Shown in pieces: positions 58,319 to 64,000 of a DNA stretch of 64,000 nt; positions within the stretch are counted from its first letter, which is position 1, and each line of letters opens with the position of its first letter. Under the pieces are notes generated by a model. It saw only the letters and a program-made list of their open reading frames with translations. It was not told where the DNA came from and did not search any database. The position numbers and the translations under genes were made by a program. The stretch lies in assembly GCA_016713885.1 (NCBI GenBank), contig JADJOF010000013.1, positions 2,223 through 66,222 of the forward strand. Direction: 5' to 3'. Source of the stretch: Bdellovibrionales bacterium (GTDB taxonomy: Bacteria; Bdellovibrionota; Bdellovibrionia; Bdellovibrionales; JAMPXM01).

Positions 58319-59032
58319 ATGGACAAAGGCTATGTACCGGAGCGCCCAAAGCATGTGATTTTGGCCAGTCGGACCGAGGAGGAGAACGCAATCCTTCGGA
58401 AGAAGCTTCTGACCTTAACCGAATCCGTTAAAGGTGGCGTTCGATTGACGACGACTCGACCGCAGGCCACGAAGCTTGAGCTGGCGGGACAGCCGGATCT
58501 TGTGATCTTCAATTTCAATGACTGGAACAACGACGAGCTTGATTGGGTCACGGGTCTTCGCAGTGAGGGCTATAAGCGAATGATTATGATCCTTGCGAAA
58601 GCCGACGCTCCGACGGCCGTGCAGAATCTTCAGCTCTTAGAGCGCGTTGTCTATATGGAGAAGCCGTTTGAGATTCGTGATCTTGTTGGCATTGCGGCAA
58701 AGGCGCTCAAAAAGGGCGCTGTTGAGCAGCAGATCTATCGTCGATTTGCTACAGAGCAATCGGCCATTGTCGAGTTTGGAAAAGGCAAAAATATGATCGG
58801 CTCAAAAGTTTGCAATATGTCGAAGACCGGAGCCTACATCGAGCTCAACGCTCTTCAGGATGTGCGTGTCGGTGAGAACGTAAAGCTTCGTCTTGAGCTC
58901 AATGATGTGAGCCGAACGTATGTGATGCCGGCCCGAGTGGTTTGGACCAGCTCTTCCGGAAGCAGCGGCACTGGTGTCGGCCTGCATTTTACCGGACCTG
59001 GCGATGTTAAACGCCATATTTTTCAGGTATAA
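58319..59032 (+). CDS. receiver-like domain fused to PilZ
   Basis: AAGGAG SD. REC-like N-terminus has N where the phospho-Asp is expected (DLVIFNFNDWNNDEL) and retains K-P (MEKPF). C-terminal PilZ has NxSxxG (NMSKTG) but no RxxxR. Confidence 0.7.
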   Translation: MDKGYVPERPKHVILASRTEEENAILRKKLLTLTESVKGGVRLTTTRPQATKLELAGQPDLVIFNFNDWNNDELDWVTGLRSEGYKRMIMILAKADAPTAVQNLQLLERVVYMEKPFEIRDLVGIAAKALKKGAVEQQIYRRFATEQSAIVEFGKGKNMIGSKVCNMSKTGAYIELNALQDVRVGENVKLRLELNDVSRTYVMPARVVWTSSSGSSGTGVGLHFTGPGDVKRHIFQV

Positions 59033-59040
59033 CTGAACGG

Positions 59041-59778
59041 GTGAAGAACCCATTTCTGTTTCAAGTTCATGTGATCGAACACGGCGACCGTCGTGTTCGT
59101 GTTGGCCATCTCCTCTTTGAAGACTCGGCGAGCCGCAATAGTTTGCGCGTGTCGACGGCGGCAGAACTCTTGAAGTGTCTGCGCCGTGCGGAGAAGGAGT
59201 GCGATGCGCTCTTGCTCTCGGCCGCCGGTCCAGTCTTTTGTTCGGGCGGCAATCTTCGCGATCACGATGTGCAGGGGCCGACAAAGGGGCGTGCGGCGAA
59301 TCGCAAGATTGCGGCCGTGCTCAGTGCGCTCGATGGACTTTCAATTCCAACGGTGGCTTTGGTTGAGCGCGATGCGCTTGGTGGCGGTGTTGAGCTGCTC
59401 TCGGCGTTTGATTTCATTCTGACGACGCCGCATGTACTGCTTGGATTTTGGCAACGCCGGTTGGGGCTCAGCTTTGGGTGGGGGGGCGGTGCGCGTCTTG
59501 AAGACCGTATCGGTCGCGGTCGTTTGAAGCGCTTGGCGCTGGAGGCGCGAGCCGTGTCCGCAAGGGAAGCGCTTGAAGTGGGGCTGGTCGATCAGATCGT
59601 TCCACCGTGGTCAGCCTTGGGTGATGCGCTGGCGCTGTGTTTGCGTTTGGGGTCGCTGCCGCGGAAGTCGGTTGCCGCTATGAAAAAACGCACGCCTAAG
59701 AATGAGCGTGCGGTATTTGAAAAGCTCTGGTTTGGCGCGGACCATAAAGCGGCGCTCGGCCGCTTCTTATCGCGTTAG
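59041..59778 (+). CDS. enoyl-CoA hydratase/isomerase (crotonase) family protein
   Basis: FCSGGNLRD and ALGGGVELLSAFDFILTT motifs. Confidence 0.8.
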   Translation: MKNPFLFQVHVIEHGDRRVRVGHLLFEDSASRNSLRVSTAAELLKCLRRAEKECDALLLSAAGPVFCSGGNLRDHDVQGPTKGRAANRKIAAVLSALDGLSIPTVALVERDALGGGVELLSAFDFILTTPHVLLGFWQRRLGLSFGWGGGARLEDRIGRGRLKRLALEARAVSAREALEVGLVDQIVPPWSALGDALALCLRLGSLPRKSVAAMKKRTPKNERAVFEKLWFGADHKAALGRFLSR

Positions 59779-59782
59779 TAAA

Positions 59783-60889
<1,107 letters not shown>

Positions 60890-60898
60890 GGTGTCTCC

Positions 60899-61519
60899 TT
60901 AGGCCATTTCCACAAGTTCGAGGATCATCTTGCGAATTCCATTGTAAACCTCAAAAGGTTTGGCGTCGTCATACATGTACGCGGGCGCCGAGAGAAGCTT
61001 ATGATCGCGGTCGCTAATGTAGTCGTCGACCGGGCACGAGGTGTGCCGGGCTCCTGTTTTTTCAATCACGGCTGCGGTGGCATCATCGTTGCCGATCGTG
61101 AGTTCGACGCCCTCTTTGCCGAGAGTGAGAGCGATGAGGTTCGGGGCGATGCAGATCACGCCAATTGGCTTTGCGTCGCCGTGGAATTCTCTGATCACGC
61201 GGGCGACCTCAGGGAGGACTTTGCCGCCAGCTCCGGCCTCCGCAAAGTTGGAGAGAACCTTTGCAGCTCCATATCCTCCGGGAAAAACCACGCCGTCAAA
61301 ATCTCGCGAGCGGAGCTTGTCGATAGGTTGAACATTGCCGCGCGCGATGCGCTTGGACATTTCAAGACTATTTCCAATATCGGGTGCAAAGCATTGATAC
61401 TGAGCGCCGACCTCTGAGAGTGCGATGAGCGTTGAGACGGCTTCGGTGATTTCTGTTCCGTCGGTGTGGCCACAGCCAGACAAAACTACCGCGATTTTTC
61501 GATCGAGTTGATTGATCAT
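60899..61519 (-). CDS. elbB: ElbB-type DJ-1/PfpI family protein
   Basis: KIAVVLSGCGHTDGTEITEAVSTLIAL parallels E. coli ElbB. Has the ICIAP Cys elbow. Confidence 0.8.
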   Translation of the reverse strand: MINQLDRKIAVVLSGCGHTDGTEITEAVSTLIALSEVGAQYQCFAPDIGNSLEMSKRIARGNVQPIDKLRSRDFDGVVFPGGYGAAKVLSNFAEAGAGGKVLPEVARVIREFHGDAKPIGVICIAPNLIALTLGKEGVELTIGNDDATAAVIEKTGARHTSCPVDDYISDRDHKLLSAPAYMYDDAKPFEVYNGIRKMILELVEMA

Positions 61520-61546
61520 GTGGTTGCCTCCCGGTCTCATCCCTTA

Positions 61547-61960
61547 TCAGGGAGCTTGATAACGGAAGTTCACCACAGGTTTACACTGTTTGACCAGAAT
61601 CTTGCTTTGTCCTGCGCCGACCGACGCGAGGCCGGTTACGCATTTGTCTAAAACCGCAGCAAGGTAGGGAGCGCTGGGACTCATTGCCAAGTCCCACCGA
61701 ACGCGATCGGCCTTGCCGTTTTCCCAGAACACCATGTCAAAGCTCACGCGGTAAACTTCGATCTGACAGTTCGGTATGCCCGCACAGCCGGCCTGTTTTT
61801 GCACGAGGACCGGTGGCGCCTCCATTGCGACGGTGCGTTTGAGGTTGTGATAAGTGATTCGATCGCCACTGGTGGCCTGAACGGAGTCGCTGTTTGCGGC
61901 AAGCGTGCGAATTCCGGTTTTTAATGCAAGAGGGGAGCGGTCATTGAGAAGAGCTATCAC
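61547..61960 (-). CDS. hypothetical protein
   Basis: 137-aa ORF. Its GTG start overlaps the upstream stop (GTGA). It could be the C-terminal part of the upstream lipoprotein gene. Confidence 0.45.
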   Translation of the reverse strand: MIALLNDRSPLALKTGIRTLAANSDSVQATSGDRITYHNLKRTVAMEAPPVLVQKQAGCAGIPNCQIEVYRVSFDMVFWENGKADRVRWDLAMSPSAPYLAAVLDKCVTGLASVGAGQSKILVKQCKPVVNFRYQAP

Positions 61961-62468
61961 TTCCGGACGGAATTCAAATCCTGATTTTTTACCTCTTCAA
62001 CGGGGCCTATCATAAGACTCGAGGCTTCAGTGGCCGGAGCCTTCTCGATTCGAACTGGGATTTCGGTCGAGACTTTTCGCACTTCGCCATTTTGATAGGT
62101 TTGCTGGTGCTGGATGATCGTGAGCAATATCTCGGTTGAGGACTCTTGGCGGTCGACGACGGTCTGCGCGGTGTCGGCAATGATGTTCTTTGCGGCGCCG
62201 CCGGCGATCTCTTGAGTGTCGGAATAAACAAAAAATTGACCGAGTTGAATGGTCAGTGGATCTGTTTTACTGAGCGGTTCTGAGATGACGGTATCGAGCT
62301 CTTGAGGAGAGATCTCAGGTCCCAGAGCGAGTGGCTTAACGTCGTCTTCTCCCGGCAACCGCCCATTTGCGTAAAGATAAAGGGCAGAAGAAGCACCAGC
62401 ACCACGTGAATGACGACGAGCGCACGTGTGCCGTTGAATTGAGTTTTGTCGATTCTTTCAATATTCAT
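61957..62468 (-). pseudogene. lipoprotein, hypothetical, one frameshift after the lipobox
   Basis: MNIERIDKTQFNGTRALVVIHVVLVLLLPFIFTQMGGC, then a frame change at CC 62354-62355 into PGEDDVKPLALGPE... Confidence 0.5.
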
Positions 62469-63553
62469 ACGGAATCCCATCCCCAGATCCACATTGGAAC
62501 GGGTAGAAGGCGATCAAAGGTCTCAGCGGTTGTGCGATCAAAAGCGTGGAGCTCAGATGGACGAGTCGGTCCAAAGAGAAGGCGCAAGATGTCGGATTCA
62601 GAGTCAGTGGAATACACGTGTAGGCCCCGGCCAAAATAAAACTTCTCATCCTTTTTTTCGAGAACAAGGTCGGCGATCCCGAGTGAGCGCGCGTGGCGCT
62701 GAATTTTTGAGAAGAAAGAGTCTGGTTTTAAAAGCTTCATCATGCCGAGATGACCCCGATGCACTGGAAGTCCGAGCTCGGTGAGTTTTGCGATTAAGTT
62801 CAGTGCGTGAGCCGGAGTGATGAGGCGAAGAGTGCGTTTTTGTGTTGCACGCATATGTGTAAAAAGAGAGAGCAGGTTTGGAAGTGATCCACCCCATTCG
62901 TGGATGTAGCCGTTGAGATCGGCGCCCTTTCCTTCGACAGCGTACGCGACCATGCGTCCCATGCTGTCCCAGGCCGTGGTGACACGTGAATTGGGAATAG
63001 CAAGTGACTCGCGGATGTCATCGATCGAACGATGGCTTGTAACGGTATGTTGAGCGTAGAGGCGAAGGACTGCGGTGGGATCGACTTTAGGTCCTTCGAC
63101 AAAGCGAAGCTGAGTGTTTGTGGTGAGATCGCGGTCGATCTCGAAAGACACCTCGGTGCCGGCCAGCTCAAAACCGATGCGGCGATAGAAATCAAAGAGA
63201 TCGGTCCAAAGAATGGCCAGGTCACAATTGCTTTCACGCGCTGCTTGCAAACAGCTTTCGAGAATCTGGGTCGAAAGCCCTTGTTTGCGATATTGATCAG
63301 AGGTGACGACGCTGCCGATGCCGGCCACTTTGAAGACCCCAATAGGATTCTTGACAATGATGGGGCGGACAATCGCATGCGAAATGATTTGGTCGCCGTC
63401 GAAGATCACGCGGCTATTGATACGATTTGAGGAGGTCAATGCCGTTGGATATTCGTCAGCAATGGACCAACCCTGCCCCGGTCGGAGATGTGTATTCAAA
63501 AACTCGACGACACGAGTCCACTCGTGGATTTCTGGAGCGCGAGGCCCTTCCAT
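62465..63553 (-). CDS. GNAT acetyltransferase, Eis-like architecture
   Basis: GIGSVVTSDQYRKQGLSTQILESCL acetyl-CoA-binding motif plus a long C-terminal extension. Overlaps the downstream gene by ATGA. Confidence 0.75.
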   Translation of the reverse strand: MEGPRAPEIHEWTRVVEFLNTHLRPGQGWSIADEYPTALTSSNRINSRVIFDGDQIISHAIVRPIIVKNPIGVFKVAGIGSVVTSDQYRKQGLSTQILESCLQAARESNCDLAILWTDLFDFYRRIGFELAGTEVSFEIDRDLTTNTQLRFVEGPKVDPTAVLRLYAQHTVTSHRSIDDIRESLAIPNSRVTTAWDSMGRMVAYAVEGKGADLNGYIHEWGGSLPNLLSLFTHMRATQKRTLRLITPAHALNLIAKLTELGLPVHRGHLGMMKLLKPDSFFSKIQRHARSLGIADLVLEKKDEKFYFGRGLHVYSTDSESDILRLLFGPTRPSELHAFDRTTAETFDRLLPVPMWIWGWDSV

Positions 63554-63681
63554 GAACCCCTCCCTTGCTCCTTCCAGTTTAGCAACTCTACCGGGTGAGA
63601 CGGTGAATTCGTTGGCGAAACTCGCCGAAGGTCCGGCGTCGTCGATTGACCACGACCAGACCCCCGACGAGAATAGGCTCT

Positions 63682-64000
63682 ATGCTGGTCGCTTTTGTCG
63701 AGAGCTTTAAATATGTCGGTCATCTGATTCCTGTTGCGTGCCTGCGCATTTTTTTGGGTGGCTATTTTCTAAAGCACGCACTGGCCGCCTTTCAGGGCGA
63801 CTATCTGCTGAAGGCCTATCTTGCTGAGGATGTTCGAAATCATCTTCCGCAATCGACAGCGCCTGAATGGTTTCGCTGGTTTTTGGAGTATGTCGTAATT
63901 CCAAATTGGCAGTTTTTGCGGTAGGTCTTACTGCCATTCAGGCCTTTATCGGTGTGAGTTATATCATTGGCTATCTCGTTCGTCCGGCGGCACTTCTTGG
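63682..64000 (+). pseudogene. DoxD/DoxX-like membrane protein, 3'-truncated by the window, one frameshift
   Basis: LRIFLGGYFLKHALAAF. The frame is lost at the T5 run 63913-63917 and continues as FAVGLTAIQAFIGVSYIIGYLVRPAALL. Confidence 0.45.

Overview
This is a 64-kb chromosomal window, roughly 55% GC by eye, from a Gram-negative bacterium. The gene content looks Bdellovibrionota/Myxococcota-like: GYF/PilZ/HD-GYP signalling, an AglRQS/PglI-like Ton-type motor operon, an olsB-olsA-like ornithine-lipid pair, a SpoIIE phosphatase, and many lipoproteins and outer-membrane proteins. That taxonomic guess is inference only. I can support about 65 protein-coding genes and two insertion sequences. One is an IS21-family element with a 5-bp target duplication inside a phospholipase-D-family gene. 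The other is a 1262-bp IS4-family element with a 9-bp target duplication inside mepB. There are also several terminator-like hairpins and a short palindromic repeat family. I saw no rRNA, tRNA, CRISPR array or prophage. At least 25 single-nucleotide frameshifts, almost all in short homopolymer runs, break otherwise recognisable genes. They are concentrated at 5-22 kb, while 22-38 kb has none; I cannot tell sequencing error from real decay without reads. Four candidates might be new, none proven. (i) A GYF-GYF-PilZ protein heads an ExbB-ExbD-ExbD-FHA/TonB_C operon (2.3-6.5 kb). (ii) Behind a SirB1-like gene lies a translationally coupled pair of signal-peptide proteins: a canonical-motif Fic enzyme with no recognisable inhibitory motif, plus an unknown protein (50.2-53.3 kb). 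(iii) A secreted trypsin-like protease is coupled or fused to a 313-aa region of unknown function (9.1-10.9 kb). (iv) There are pseudo-receiver/HD-GYP and pseudo-receiver-PilZ modules. All domain calls come from motif reading by eye; no database search was run.
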